From the NCBI GenBank assembly GCA_010909165.1, contig MU008230.1, positions 42,849 to 106,848 of the forward strand: a stretch of 64,000 nucleotides of DNA. The letters run 5' to 3'. Under the pieces are notes generated by a model. It searched no databases, was not told the origin of the DNA, and saw nothing but the letters and a program-made list of their open reading frames with translations. A program made the translations under genes and the position numbers. Positions within the stretch are counted from its first letter, which is position 1. Each line of letters opens with the position of its first letter. Of this stretch, positions 50,722-64,000 are shown piece after piece. Source of the DNA: Anthoceros angustus. Its lineage: Eukaryota > Plantae > Anthocerotophyta.

Positions 50722-51899
50722 GCGGGGGTAGAGGTCATCGTAGCAGAACCGAAGGGGCAACCTCGGAGCCTGCGCCAGCAGGCATGTGAGATAAGCCAGA
50801 GGAGGAGATGGTAGGCGGTGATTAAGGGCTGCCCAGGCTGGCCACGATTCGAGAATAAGTGTAATAAAGGCCTTAGCCTTGGGCGTAATTATAAGAGGGC
50901 AGGCGGCTCTGATAAAGTATCTCTCTTGGGGTGGACACAGCGTTTCGTTTATAGACCCTTGTGCGTCTTGGCCTAGCGTGTTGCCACAGGTCACTTGGCG
51001 GGCACGGCCGGCTCACGGAGAGGCCCAGTCTGAGATCTTGAGTTGATGGACCCTAGCGTGTGGTGGTGTGTGTGCGGTGCAAGAAGCGATCATGGACCCT
51101 TGCTCGTCCGGGCGGCGTCGGACGGGCCGGAGCCAGCGTGGTGGGGAACTCGGGAAGGTGTCACGAGCCTAGGCGGAGAAGCCGGGCGGGCAGCTGAGAG
51201 GTCCAGAACCACATGGCCACCACAGCTCTTTTTCAAAGTGAAGTGGCGAGAGAGTGTGGAAGGAGGTGGGGAGTAGACTAGACAAGCGAGAGAGCGGATT
51301 GATAAGAATGCAGCCTGACGAGGTCCTTAAATGTTTAGCCACCATGCAGGCCTATTAAATTGGTGAAAGGTTAAAGAGTAGTTAGTCATGGGACCGTGCA
51401 CGCCATGCAGCTTTCCGAGGTCAAGAATGATCGATGACGTTAGGATGAGAATCCCGGTTGGCACGTGCCAAGCAGAAGCTTATCATTCTCTTGGGAATGG
51501 ACCCCTTGCTACTAGCGACCGGGATTGTCTCTTACAGGTGGCCGTCACGGTAGTCGCGCCGCATTTTGGCGCCCTTCGAGGAATGAAATTGTTCCGTAGC
51601 ATAGTGTGGAGTAAGGTTGAATGCGTGGGGCGTGAGGTAGTTAGAGCAATTCTTTGAGTGGGCAGGACGTTGTAGCACGGGGGCGCTCGAGCTCGGGAGC
51701 AGGAAGCGGTGGCAAGCTCAGCGTGAGAGTTCAGCCGGCGGTAAGCGCGATGATTTTGTCGAACCCGTGAGGAGGGCGTGGTATAAAGGCGGTGGCATGA
51801 GGGCGTTCCTCAGCGCTGGGCTGCGGCGGCGATGGCGATAGCGTCGACAAAGCAAGCATACTCCCTCTTTGGGGAAAGAAGGAGCGGGATCACGGAAAC

Positions 51900-53100
51900 A
51901 GCCGTGGAGGATTTCGTGTCTCGGCGAACTTCAGCGGCTCGGACGCACTCATTCGGTGTGGGGTTCTTGAGGGGAACGGCGGCTGGGTGAGTGGAGGAAG
52001 TACCGGGCACGCCCCTGCGACCTTTGAGCGAGAGGATGCCTTCTGGAGAGATTCCGTGGAATCAACCGGGAAGGCTACGTCTGTCAAGGTCGAGTCGGGC
52101 GAGGAAAAGAGTAGTTGGGATCGTCATCGAGCGGTTCTCGCCATCCGGACCCGGCATCCCACCCACACCACCACGTGCGGGTGCGGTGGTTCGCGGCCCG
52201 GCCTAAGCAATGATGGCTAAGCATGTCTTGCTACTGGCGGAGGAAGGATGTGAGTAAAGGCGGTTCGTGGCCGAGAGAACTATGAAGAATCGATGCCAGA
52301 AGGACGAGGGCGACTCAAGGAGGGAAGAAGAAAAAGAAGAGACGGGGTTCGGAATCTGAAGATGAAGAGCCCTCGGAAGAAGGTGAAGAGGCGGGAGGCT
52401 ACTTCGAGGACGGAGGAGATCTCAGGAAGAATCAAAGTCTCTCTGGAGGAAGAGGAACCCCGCTTGCAAAATAAGAAGAAGAGGCCGTGGTGAAGCGAAG
52501 GGCCCAGGAAAAAAAATCTGATGCTGCTCGGTAGCGAGAGGCTCCACCGTCCGACCCTTAAAAAGTAGCGGGTTTGAGGAAGACTTGGAGGCGGGTAATG
52601 AAGAGGTGGAAGAGTTAGCGATCAACGGTGAAGGACCGTGAGTGGCGGAAAGCGGTCACCACGGTCCGGACCCATTTATGGTGCGCGGTGTGCCACCAGC
52701 ATGGGCATTCAAAGGCCAACTGCCCTTCCAGACCCGTGAACCAAGTAGGTCGACTACGGGGAAGAGTCAGGAAGCAATGGGGGACGCTTGCAGTCTGAGG
52801 AAGCACCTCAGGTAGCGATATCCAAAAAGCGATGTATCCTACGGCGGCTTGACCCATCCATGCACCGCCCTCGATGCAGCCCGCATGGGAGCACCTCCAA
52901 GGATTCTTTGGGTGGCGGTGGTCTGCTGGAACCCGGGCATTACTCCAACGCACGCCCATACCCCACCGGGCAAGGTGCGAGATTTTGAGGCCTTTGTGTG
53001 GGGATTTCAGCCCGGTGGGACATAGTAGGCGATTACCTTGTGCTCGAATCCTCGCTCAAGGGCCAGTGCGTTCGCCACCCGGTACAGGCCGCGTCCGCCT
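51900..53100 (+). pseudogene. Decayed gag-like ORF with a CCHC zinc knuckle
   Basis: WCAVCHQHGHSKANCP at ~52680-52726, preceded by a charged low-complexity region. Confidence 0.55.
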
Positions 53101-53197
53101 ACACCCCCCCTCCCCAAGGCCGCGCCGGTGCTGCAAATTGAAGATGCACAGTTGGCGGAGTGGGAGGAGACACCGAGGGTTACGAAATTCAGGCAAA

Positions 53198-56100
53198 TGC
53201 AGATCAATTAATCATATTGATAATTACATTGTGTATCAAGAACATACATAAACATGTACACTACTTAAAATATGAAAAGACAACTTAACTTGACTTATGA
53301 ATCATCGTGACCTAATCAAGCACGCAACCCTAATGAAAAGGTATGTAGCTATAACTTAACTAAACCCCCGAACCCTAATCATCTATCCAACATGTATATT
53401 CCTTTACTCCCACTTGTTGGTGATGATTTCTTATCGCTCCGGTCCATTTGCAGACTACCCATGGGGCGTGGTTCAAGTGTTTTCACTCCTAGAGCTCCAT
53501 AGCCAACAACTCACTGTGCTATTCGCCCGACTTCCACCAAGTCAGAAAGATGCTTTCGCCATGAAGCCGGCGGAGATAAGGTCGCGTTTCCTTATAACTG
53601 GCATATTTCATTACGCTCTCACTCGCGCTCACGCAACGAGTTGTTCATCTCGACGCCATGGCTTCCTCGAGACTCACTCACGAGCCTTGTCCTAAGCGCA
53701 GCTGATTCCAAAGGAAGATTTGCAGCTAGTGCACCAGCTAGGACAACTACCACACCAGAGCCTCTCGTCGATTCTTTGCGGAAGGTGTGAAGCTGAAGTA
53801 GGGAGACCTAGGGGCACCACCAAAGCTTTCTTGGAGCGGCCGTCATACTAAAGGCTGCCCTCAAGGAGAAACAAAGAATGGGTGGCCCTTCCCCCACCAG
53901 CAGCCAAGGCGTAGCAAAGGCGGCTACCATCAAGCGTAAGGAACCTCACTTTGCATATTCGGACGAGACTCACCGCACTCCACAGATATTTCCTAGGCCC
54001 TCCCGACAAGGACGTTAAACGAGGATTGCCATGCGGGGCTGTTAAACATCCACGCTCCCTCGTGTGGTACAAAGTGTGGCTTGGTTGCAACGTGTTCACC
54101 ATGAAGAGGATTGACGTCCAAATCTATGGAGCTCCTCCAGCCACGTTATTAGTACCTAGTAAGCATTTACAGCCCTTTCCTTTTCGTTGTCGCTATTTTC
54201 AGCTTGTGGTAATCCTCACATATGCTCCCATTGTTCTGTCTAAGGTCTACCAAAAGAATTGAAGAGGAGGTGACCTAGACCGAGGAGGCCGAATTTCCTC
54301 TGAGGAGCGACAAGTCGAACTCTCCCAAGACAGATGAGAGTTTCTCTTACAGCACACACTTATGATCACAACTCCTATGAGGATGAGGAGTCGAATCTAA
54401 GTCACTGCTCGGAGTCAATAGACTTTTTACTCTTGATTCGCTTTTGACTGGATATTAGAAGCTCATCACGTGACTTGGGACAGAGAGAGTTTCGAGCTCT
54501 CCCATCCCGGACTTTTTGCATGAGCATCTCTGCTCAAAGCTTTGGTTAATATGTCTGCTGGGTTATCCTGTGTAGGCACATATTGCAGTTCAATTTTTCC
54601 TTCTGCTACCAGCCCCCTGATGTAGTGATATTCAACCTCTACGTGTTTCGTGCGTGCATGGAAGACTGGATTTTTCGCTAGCGCCATTGAACCTTGGTTG
54701 TCTGTGTGGATAGTTGTGCAAGTAGGTATAGGAATTCCGAGCTCCTTAAATAGCAACTTACACGGACTATCTCTTCTGTCAGACCTTCAGATTCGGTAGA
54801 GGGGCAACCGTGGCTACCTTTTTACTCGACCAAAAGATACGTCCTCCAACCTTGGATATCACATACCCGTAGAGATTTCACGCTATCCACGTCTCGGCCT
54901 AGTCGAGTCCGTAAACACCTCAAGGTCTAAAGGTCTTCCTTTTATGTATCGCTAGCTAATTCCCAAGCTTGTGCCCCTTCGTATCTAAATGCCCTCTTTT
55001 GCTTGTCCGATTACTCAGGCACAGGTTCTCTAAGAATCGGATAGCACGCTTGTAGTATTACTTCCAACCTTGTAGTGTTACTTGCATAAATCGCTAACGC
55101 ATACACTGTAAGGAACCCCTATCATTTGTTCCTTTCCTTGTTGAAGGTGACATAAGCTTACTAAACACATCTACATTGGCATAAGTTGATGAAGGTTTCG
55201 CATCTTTAAGGCCAAGTTGTTCGCTCTCTAGAAGGTAAGCGTGGTTGGGTAGTCATTACTCTTGTTTGCCTATTCCTCTGAATATGTATCCCAAGATGCT
55301 TTGTAGAGGGCGAGGCTGGACATCTTGAACTTAACTGCCAGCATATCTATAATGCTAGTGATGAAGGCTTGGTTGTTACTGGACAATATAAGATCGTCCA
55401 CATACACTGCCAAATAGCGATTACATCTCCTTCTTGTAGACGTATAAGCTATCACCGCTTTTACGAAACCTAACTCTATGATTCTGTCTAGAGCTGCGTT
55501 CCACTTCATTGCCGATTGCTTTAGGCCGTATAAGCATTTGATCAGCCTGAGAGCATAGTTTTCCTTTCCCTTAACCTCATATCCAGGTGGCTGCTGCATG
55601 TATATTTCTATGTCCAACTTTCCGTGAAGGAATGCTGTCTTGACATCATACATTTGCAGCTCATAATCGAAATGTGTGGATATTGCAAGGATGGTCCTGA
55701 GGGTGGCAAGCTTTACAACTGGAGCGAAGGTTTCGAGGTAGTCCACCAGAACTTGTGAAAAACCTCTAGCTACCAGCGAGCCTTGTACATCAAGGTACCA
55801 TCGACTTTACTTTCAGCTTGAAGACCCATTTACAAGAAACCAACTTTCGACCAGGTGGTAACTCTGCAAGCTCCCAAGTGCCATTTTCTATTAGTGAGTC
55901 ATACTCTGACTGGATGGCTTTTTTCCATTCTTTGTGGTCAGGTCTGCTCAACGCCTCCTGATAGGACTGTGGTTCTATAGGGTCCAGAGACGTGGCAGCA
56001 TTGATCTCCACATCTGAAGAAGGGACTCTAAAGTCTAAGGCACGATAATAATCTGGAGGTTGCCGGTGACGAGACGGATATCGTCTAGGTGGTTCTTTAG

Positions 56101-57971
56101 GCAGAAGTTCTTGTTGGGCAGGCTGGTTGGCAATAGGAGCATCATCCGATTCCAGTCATTTTCAGCATTTGTTCATGCTGCTCAGGGTTTTCATCTGGAT
56201 ATTCATATACAGGAGGAGGTTGCTCCTGTAATCCAGGCTCGTTTTGATTTGGTTCTTTAGGCTCGATTACATGATCAGGTTCTGCAGCTTTGTCCTCATC
56301 GACTAACTCAAAACCTGCTGGATCATCCCCACCTGCAGGAGCAACATCCTCATGGTGGACAGCCTGAGTCCCATGATCAGTTTGGTCAAAATGTGAGTCA
56401 GAGAAGCCTGTTGTATCGTCATCTGGATTGAGAACAGGATTCTCAACAGCTCCCATTGATGCCCAAGTGCGGCTTTCATCAAAGGTGACACTCCTGGCAT
56501 ACACTATCTTGTTTTTAGGGACATCATAGCTTATAGGCTTTGATTCCTTCTGTATACCCTATCATGAGGAGCTTTCTAGCCTTATCCGATAGCTTCTTCC
56601 TCTTTTCCTTAGGTATAAAGGCATACGCCACACAAATGCGGTGAAGGGCGATGGCTTCACGACACATAAAGGCTTCGTGAGGAGTTAAGCCCTGGCCCAA
56701 GCTGTGGTAGGCAACCTGTTCTTGAGATATGTCGAAGTCATGATGGCTTCTGCCCAATATGGCAAGGAATTTGGCGGCGTGATGGAGCAAGGAAGAGGTC
56801 ATTTCACAAGGAGTTAGGTTGACCGGCTTTCGGCTACTCCGTTGTTGAGTGTAGACCCTTTGTGGCGACCAATGTGCCTTGACTAATGATAGCTTTGAAA
56901 TTCCTTGGAAGTAAATTCTCCCCCATTATCTGATCTCAAGGTCTTGAGTTGCTTTCCAGTCCACCTTTCAGCGTATTTGATATAATCTACGATGGTGAAA
57001 CATTCATTTTACCTTGGGATGCAAGTGGTAACAAACTTTGGTCTTATCATGCATGAGCGATGGAAGTATCTACCACCTATGGACTCTGAGTGGTCCACAT
57101 GAGTGCTGTATAGACTAGTTCAGGACTTCCAAGCCACCTGGTGCCTTGTTCTTGAAGGCAGCTTGGTGTCTTTTGGAGAGCACACACGATTCACACAGTG
57201 GAAGGGGAGCCATTGTCCCGATCGGTCCATCCTGGTACAGGTCACTAACAGCTAATCTTTGAAGTTTTGCTGTGTGTGGGTGACCTAGTCTTGCATGCCA
57301 CAACTTAGATTTTTCTATTTGTTGTGCAGAGGCAGTAGTAATGTCTCGTGTAAGGTGAGAAGCTGGAATACCACTATTGATGTGAAGGCAAGCGGTCATG
57401 ATGCAGCAGCCCATGGTAAGTATTTTCCTATGATCAAATCGTCCGGTGATTGACATTACATCCTCATGAAGAGCATGTAGCGGTTGTTGTCGACATTCGA
57501 CTTCGGTGAAATCAAGTTTCTAGTCATATACATGGCAGACTTCGAGGTTAACTTCGCCTGATGGAGGCTGAGGTCTGGTCTCAATAGCCACGACCGAGGA
57601 GACACAGTGATGCATCTCATCACCTAGGTATACGTACTGATCCTTAACTGATTTGTACGTTTGAAAAGATGCTTTGTCAAAACAAATATGGTATAACTTT
57701 GTGTCCAAGTACGAGTCCCTCTGGGTCTAACCTCTAATTTTTGGTACAACGATGACAGCGGGGAAGCAATGTGAACTTGCAAACACTCGTGTACCTACTG
57801 TGAGGGCTGAAGGGGTAGGTTGCTTCTTCACAACCACGTGAGTCTCCGCACTAGATGTACCCTCCTTGCGAGGAACACCGGCTTGCTTCTTTCTACACTC
57901 ACGTTCCCAGTGACCAGGTAACTTGCACCAATTGCAGCTTCTTGTCCTTTTGGGTTTCTTCTGGCTGGCTG
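53198..57971 (-). mobile_element. Ty1/Copia element D (related to C), cut in gag by the element at 57972
   Basis: Zinc knuckle CNWCKLPGHWEREC, LWHARLGHP, RT LAVYVDDLIL, RNase H TDNQG...ARTKH...ADILTKAL, PPT at 53407, 3' LTR 53198-53406. Confidence 0.92.
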
Positions 57972-60900
57972 TGGTTTGGGAAAACCCGGGGCACTCCCGA
58001 GGTCCTCCCACTATAAGCGCCACACTTATCACTTTATCGCCCAAATGCGTTGGGTTTCGTCCCATGAGACTTGTGTGAAAGTTCGAGGCCTTGTGATCAC
58101 GATGCCACCGCAGACACAACTTCTCAGCCTCTAAACAAGCAAGGCGCCTACTCTCCCTCTCTGCACCAGCACCGCTTGCATCAAAATACCAATCCTCGAC
58201 CTACAACGACAAACAAATTGCAGGTCCCGCCTCAGCCGAGGAGCCTATCACGGCGCCTGTGGACCCCCGATCCACACCGCGATTTCGCCCTACTTAAGAC
58301 CACTTCTTCCACCTGGGGAGCGCCTTTACTTGCAGATTTGGGATCGTCCCTTAGGCTCGCCTGTGGCCTTCCACTAACACCTACACCTCTAATCCTACTC
58401 ATCTCTCATCTTCTCATCCTCTTCCTCCTATTCTAACCTCTTATTCGGCTTGCCTGACCGCCTCACGGCACAACCGCCTGGCCGCCTCCACCAAAGAAGT
58501 TCTTCCTTGGGCTATGAGTTTGACACTGACAATGAGAACCTCCAGGAGTCTTTCCGTCTACCCTCAAGCCGAGAGTTCCGGCATTGCCACACACCCAAAG
58601 CAAAGCAATTTCACAAAGAACCATTCACAAGGGGAGCAACTGCTTAGGCACTTGTAAGAGCAAGTCCTCCACCAAGCACTCCGACCACCGCGACTTCCTC
58701 TACTGACGCGTTGGCTCACACACGCACGAAATTCCTCCAGAATGGCAAAGGACTCATGAGGGTGGAAGCGCAAGACATGATACTTTACTTTGTGAAATCC
58801 TCCTCCTCTTATAGGAGGCCTTCCACATACAACCTCCCTTAGGTGACCCTCTGCGGGTCACCTTTTCCAATTTCTATTATTTCCTACCTTGACATTTAAT
58901 ACTAGCATCTAATTATGTCCTTGGTAAATTCTATTCTAGTAACTTCACCTAAGATCATCCTTAAAGGATGTCGTTATCTCCTTTCTATTCTTCTATCTAG
59001 CATTTATGGTCTTTGACCATATCTAGTCTTCACCTTTGGGGTGGGGCGCGTCCTTGTGGATTGGCTCCCTCGCCCTCCTTTTGCTCTTGCCCTTCCCGAT
59101 CTTGTCATCTTCCTAATGTGTGGGGCAAGTACAATCTTGCCCTTCCTCCATCTCAGGCGCCTTCTGTCCTCCGGCAATCGCCCCCCTCGCCTCAGGCGCC
59201 CTTCTTCTCCAGCCTCCTGGCGCGTTCATCGGCACTACGCGGTAGTCGGCGGACTCGGGTAGGGTGACTACCATGGTAGTCGGTCTTTTTTCTTCTTCTC
59301 CCCTCGGCCTCTTGGGTTGGAATCTTCCGTGCTCCTTTCCTCTGTTTGATTTGTCATACCTATCATGGAGCATTCTCAAAGTTCTTCCTCCCCAATTGTC
59401 GGATTTCACTAATCCTCCGGGCCTTTTGCATGGCCTCCTCTCTCGGCGGGCCTTCCCTGCTCGTGGGGTGAGAACTTCTCACCCCTCCTTCTCGGGTCGG
59501 ATCCGTCCTTGTCTCCTCTGGGTTGTCTCCCCCACCTCCTCTTCTATTCTGGTGTCACTGGCCCCGGCTCCTTCCTCACCCGGCCTCCGCGGCGGCTCCC
59601 AGCCCCATCGCGGTGCTTGCTCTGATGCGGACTACTCGGCGTGGTTTCTACCACGGTAGTGCGGACTACCGTGGGTGATCACCGTGGTAGGGTGACCCCG
59701 GAGGCGGTGTCCCCCTCCTTGCTCTCACGCCATCCCTTGGCCCTGCGCTCCTCCTTGACTCCTCAGTTCCTCGGAGTCCATGTCCTTGTAGCCTCATCAA
59801 AATCGAGGCCTCCAGTGCACTGCTGTGCTCCTTCATCATCATGAGGACCCAATGTCCTCCTCTTGGCCAACCGTAGACCTCATTGTTGGCCTTCAAAATC
59901 TATTGTGGAGGTGAGCCCCAAGCTATGATATTGCATTTGGAGATCATCAATCTCAGCCACTCTCCATCCTCACACCTACCCTTGTAGGCATCTCTTGAGT
60001 GGTCAATTCTCCCACCTTGACATGGAGGTACATTCTCCTCCTTGCTTCCTTGGTTGGCCAATTTTGCGAAGGGCATAATGCCAAAATCGCCTCTTCCTCA
60101 CCAGCATCTGTACCACCTTCTTGTGGTGCTCCTCCTCTGGAACCTCCTTTCGGTCTCTTGCTTGGCAAGTCCCTTCCCTTCTCCGCTTGCCAAGCACTCT
60201 TTCTCTCTCGCTCTTGCTTGCGTCTTGAGCTCCAGCTCCTTCTCCTCCAAATTACGGGTCCTTCGCAATTCCTCTTCCATGTCCGGATCTTGATGGCTTG
60301 GGTAGCCATCACACTTTCTGCGTCCATTTGTTGGACGCCACCTTCTCCCTTCCTAGCCTCTGTTTTGCCCTTTCTCTTGCTCTGGGCAAAATGCTCTTAC
60401 GCCTCCAAGTCCCGTTGGGTTGTTGCCGAATGGCTCTCTCCTCGATGCGACAACCTTCCCTCTAGGACCTTCTCCGCTCTCCATGGTCACAGTTGGAGCT
60501 TCTCCTGACCTTCTCGGCTTGTGCCTTCTCGTCGGACTCCATGGCTTGCCATTTTGTCCCTGCTTCCTCGGCCATGTCTTGGGCCTTCCTCTTGGCATGC
60601 CCACAAGGCTGCTAGTCCTAGCCCCTTCAAATCCACAGTGAGTGCTTCACAAGCACTCGGCAATTCTCCTAGGGGTCCCAATTCCACCCTTTGTTCTTGC
60701 TGGAAATTTCCAGCTCCCTTGCACTCCGGGCCGCCAGCCGGTCCCCTCACGTCGCATCCGCCCTTCCTCCAGCGGTGGTGGCGGCCTGGCGCCCCGCCTT
60801 TGCTTCTCCTTCCCTTCCACCCTAGCACCTGGCGTGGGGTGCTTGCCTACAGCGGTGGCTGCTCCCCTGTGGTGCCTACCTGGTGGTGGCGCCTACCACG

Positions 60901-62200
60901 GTGATACACCCTCTTGGGTGGGTGCCTCCCCTCTGGGGTAGGCGGGGTGCCTCTCTAGGCACAAATGAGATGGTGGGGACTCCCCACCCTTGGGCATCAC
61001 CCCTCCTGGTAGTCCTCCTCTCATAGACTACCATTCGGCCTTCCTCGGCGGTTCTGTTCCTCTCCTCCTTGCTCTGTGGGGAAAAGCTTCCCACTCGGCA
61101 ACCTTGTTGCCTCTACATCCTCCTTGCTCCTAGCATGCTTGTGGAGGTCGACCTCCCAGTCTTCCTCAATGCAAAGGCAAGGGCCTTTCCAAGCTTGGCT
61201 GGAGATGAATTATCTCAAGGATGCCAAGCATCTTCCAACTCCTTGCTTGTGAGAAGTCCCTCGTTTCCCACAAATGCACCAAATAGGTGCTAAGGTAGCA
61301 GGCCTTGGCCCTTCCTCATCCACAATTTGGCTTGAGGAGCTTCTCCGGTGGTGGATGTAGGCCTCATACATGATGGTGCCCCAATCCTTGGCTCCTCTGA
61401 AATCTTCCACAAAATTGGAGGAAGTTGGTGCTGAAATAAGAGTCCTTTGGTAATTTACCAACCACAATCTTTGCAAAGAGCCTCCACTTGACTCCTTGAT
61501 GCTCTCTTCCAGCCATTCTTGGCATGGGCCTTCACTCCTCCGTCCATCATGTCGAGGAGCTCTTGCGGAATTTGGAGAGGCCGTCCTCTTCCTCCATTCG
61601 ACCTCTCGAGGAGAGCAATTCGAGCTCTCCTCCTCCGGTCTCCATACACTGTCGAATGCTCCTTACGGTCCGGCGAGGATCCGTTCGAGCATTCCTCGGA
61701 TCGGCAGGCTGCCTATTGATGGAGATTGATGAAGCACTCCTCAATCAACTCCAAATTGGTGTAGGCCCATTGGCGGCCGCCACCCATCAATTGGATGTTA
61801 TCCTCCTCGCCCATTCTTAGAAAATCAACCAAATCGCGGGGTTAAGTTGCAAAACAAGTGAATTGGGGCATCTCGACTTCACCCCCTCACGGCGGCGTGA
61901 CCTGCCACCTTCTTTCCTTTCCCCACTCGCGAGGAGGAACCCTTGTGGGTTCCTTCCCTTGCCTTTCACTCGAGGCATTATCCAAATTGGCAATCTGGAG
62001 GCTTGCTCTCAAACGCTCCTTCTCCTCGAGTCCGTCAACAAACCCCTCCTGAGGCACAATTCCCACGTTAGGCTTGGTGACGCTCCTACACTGCTGCCAA
62101 TTTTCCTTGCGATTTCTCTTTCCAGGGCAAGGCGCCGCCGATAGGTGGTCGTGGTGCAGCAGGCGCTCTTACCCGGACGGGGTGAAGCCACTTCCGACCA
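57972..62200 (-). mobile_element. Gag-only LTR element, copy 2 (inverted relative to 16803-20340); probable LTR 57972-59019
   Basis: Colinear reverse-complement match to copy 1; its terminus falls inside the Copia D gag, just upstream of the zinc knuckle. Confidence 0.7.
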
Positions 62201-62212
62201 TAGCCGGACGAG

Positions 62213-64000
62213 TGGTAAGATCCGCCTAGAAGGTACCTATTTTATGAATATAAATACCGTCATTTAGAGATACTAATTATAAGATAATAATTATTAAATA
62301 GAAAATAGCTGATAAATAGGATCATTGTCTAAATATAATAACTGATTAAACCAACTAGAAAAACCCCAACTAACACGGTACCAACAAACCCAACGTCTAA
62401 CCTATGAAAACCAAGAACAAGTAGGTAGTTCTAGAGCGGGACTCGGGGTCTTCTTGGCGTGACCAAAAGCCCCGTCTACATAATGTACAAGAAACAAGTA
62501 AAGGTCCAATTTCCAAAGCCTCTCTCCGCGGTAGCATCTTGGTATCGAGCCTCGCCATCATGGGATCAAGGATCTTAGATCGGGCGGATCAAGCTAGGCT
62601 AAATCGTCGCGCATAGAGACATGTGTGGCGAGAATCCTTTGACACACATGAGCGAGACCAAAAGGACCAAACAAGGGAAAGATTCTAGAATTTGAGGTCA
62701 TCAAAGCCTGCAATCATTCCATTCAGGGTGAACTCGAGTACAATCTTCAGACCTTGTTGACCCGCGTTCGTAGTTGAAGGTACCACTGTGTGGTGAGAGA
62801 AATCCACACAAGGCGTGGCGGCAACTCCAAGGGAGTGATTACGAATCATTACGTAATCCGAAAGCAAAATGAGTGATCATGTCCACCTTTTGAGGTGGAT
62901 CGCATGATCTCTAGTGGAAGCGATGAGGATCACCCCTTGAAGGGATTGGGGACCGGGTCCGTCCGGGGCGCCAACAGCCAACAATTCCGAGGCGGGCGAC
63001 TCACCGACATCCATGCGTTGGGAAAAGAGCCCGTGGAGACGGAAGGGCGTAAAAGGCGGCGTCATGAACTCTTGAGGAGGCTTCACATCCAGCTAGGAGC
63101 GGAAGCCCAACAAGAGGACTTTGCAACCGAATTTCCAGCAAGGCCCGAGCTCGCGGTTGCACCGGTAGGATTACAACTCGAACCCGGTGCTATGGCGACC
63201 CGTAAACGGGTGGGACCAGCCAGCGGAACTCGACAACCCGCAAACACCGAAGCTCAAGATCGGTAGGAAGGAGTTGACCGAGGTTGCGATTTTGCGCTTT
63301 TGGAAGGAGAACCCAAGTGGTTGAACACACACCGTGAGGAGTTGCGGGCATCATTCTCGTGCCAAGGCCATGGAGAAGGTTGAGGAATCCATTGGCAAGC
63401 TTGAGATGCAAGTGGGGAGGCCGAGCCCGTTTGGAGGCGGTGGCGGGTGTGCTCCAGGCGGGCAGCCATCACCCTAGGCGCTCATCCCCACCACGCCAAG
63501 AAACTTCCAGCCCACCCAAGTTGCGATGGCACACAACACTCAACACCCCTTGCCACATTGAGGCCTTTGACTCACGAATCGATGGAAGGAGAAGGAGAGA
63601 CACTCACCAACCAATCCAAGCGACCGTGAGTTGAGTGTTGAAGATGGGGAGCGAAACTTGTTGTGGAGCTCCAACTGGCGAGAAGGACAACAAAGAAATT
63701 CGAGGCCATGGTGCGGCGTGCTGACTCATGAGGTATGAGCACCGGGAACACCAGAGGGAGGTCGAGTGGAGAGGAGCAAGGAAGAGAAGAACATCACTTC
63801 AAACCCAAACCCCAACTCGACAAGGAGCTACGCAAGATCAAGGCATGCCATTTGATGGAAGTACAAAGGATGCTCAAAGCGTACATGATTGGTTAGACAA
63901 ACTTGACAAATACCTTGCTGCTTCTGACAAGGATGATCTGTCAAAGATCAATTTCTGCGTGATGTGTTTGGAAGGGTATGCCTATCGATGGTGGCGAGAG
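62213..64000 (+). mobile_element. 5' end of a Ty3/Gypsy element (LTR, PBS, start of gag)
   Basis: ...gtagca followed by a tRNA-Met-like PBS tggtatcgagc (62540-62550); gag PFDGS...VHDWLDKLDKYL...CLEGYAYRWWRE at 63845-64000. LTR start approximate. Confidence 0.8.

Overview
Eukaryotic, plant-like window (GT-AG introns, tRNA-Met and Athila-type primer binding sites; probably a non-seed plant or streptophyte alga, which is inference). Most coding regions are broken by small indels, and I cannot separate pseudogenisation from long-read assembly error. The first 11 kb hold host genes: a 2OG-Fe(II) dioxygenase and a ~7 kb giant GBP/VLIG-type GTPase gene with Cys/His-rich repeats and a C-terminal vWA domain. 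The rest is a nest of transposons: a TIR/TSD-bounded MULE, a possible CACTA, four Copia elements or remnants, Gypsy pol fragments (one ending in a PHD finger) and two inverted copies of a gag-only LTR element. The standout is a ~5.5 kb non-autonomous Athila-like LTR element (26890-32413). Between its PBS and PPT it has no gag or pol, only one intact, intronless 890-aa Crinkler-like gene (ubiquitin-like header, P-loop NTPase, basic NLS-like patch, PD-(D/E)xK nuclease). The Copia elements also share unexplained extras: an antisense 3' ORF, a coiled-coil upstream ORF and a long leader hairpin.
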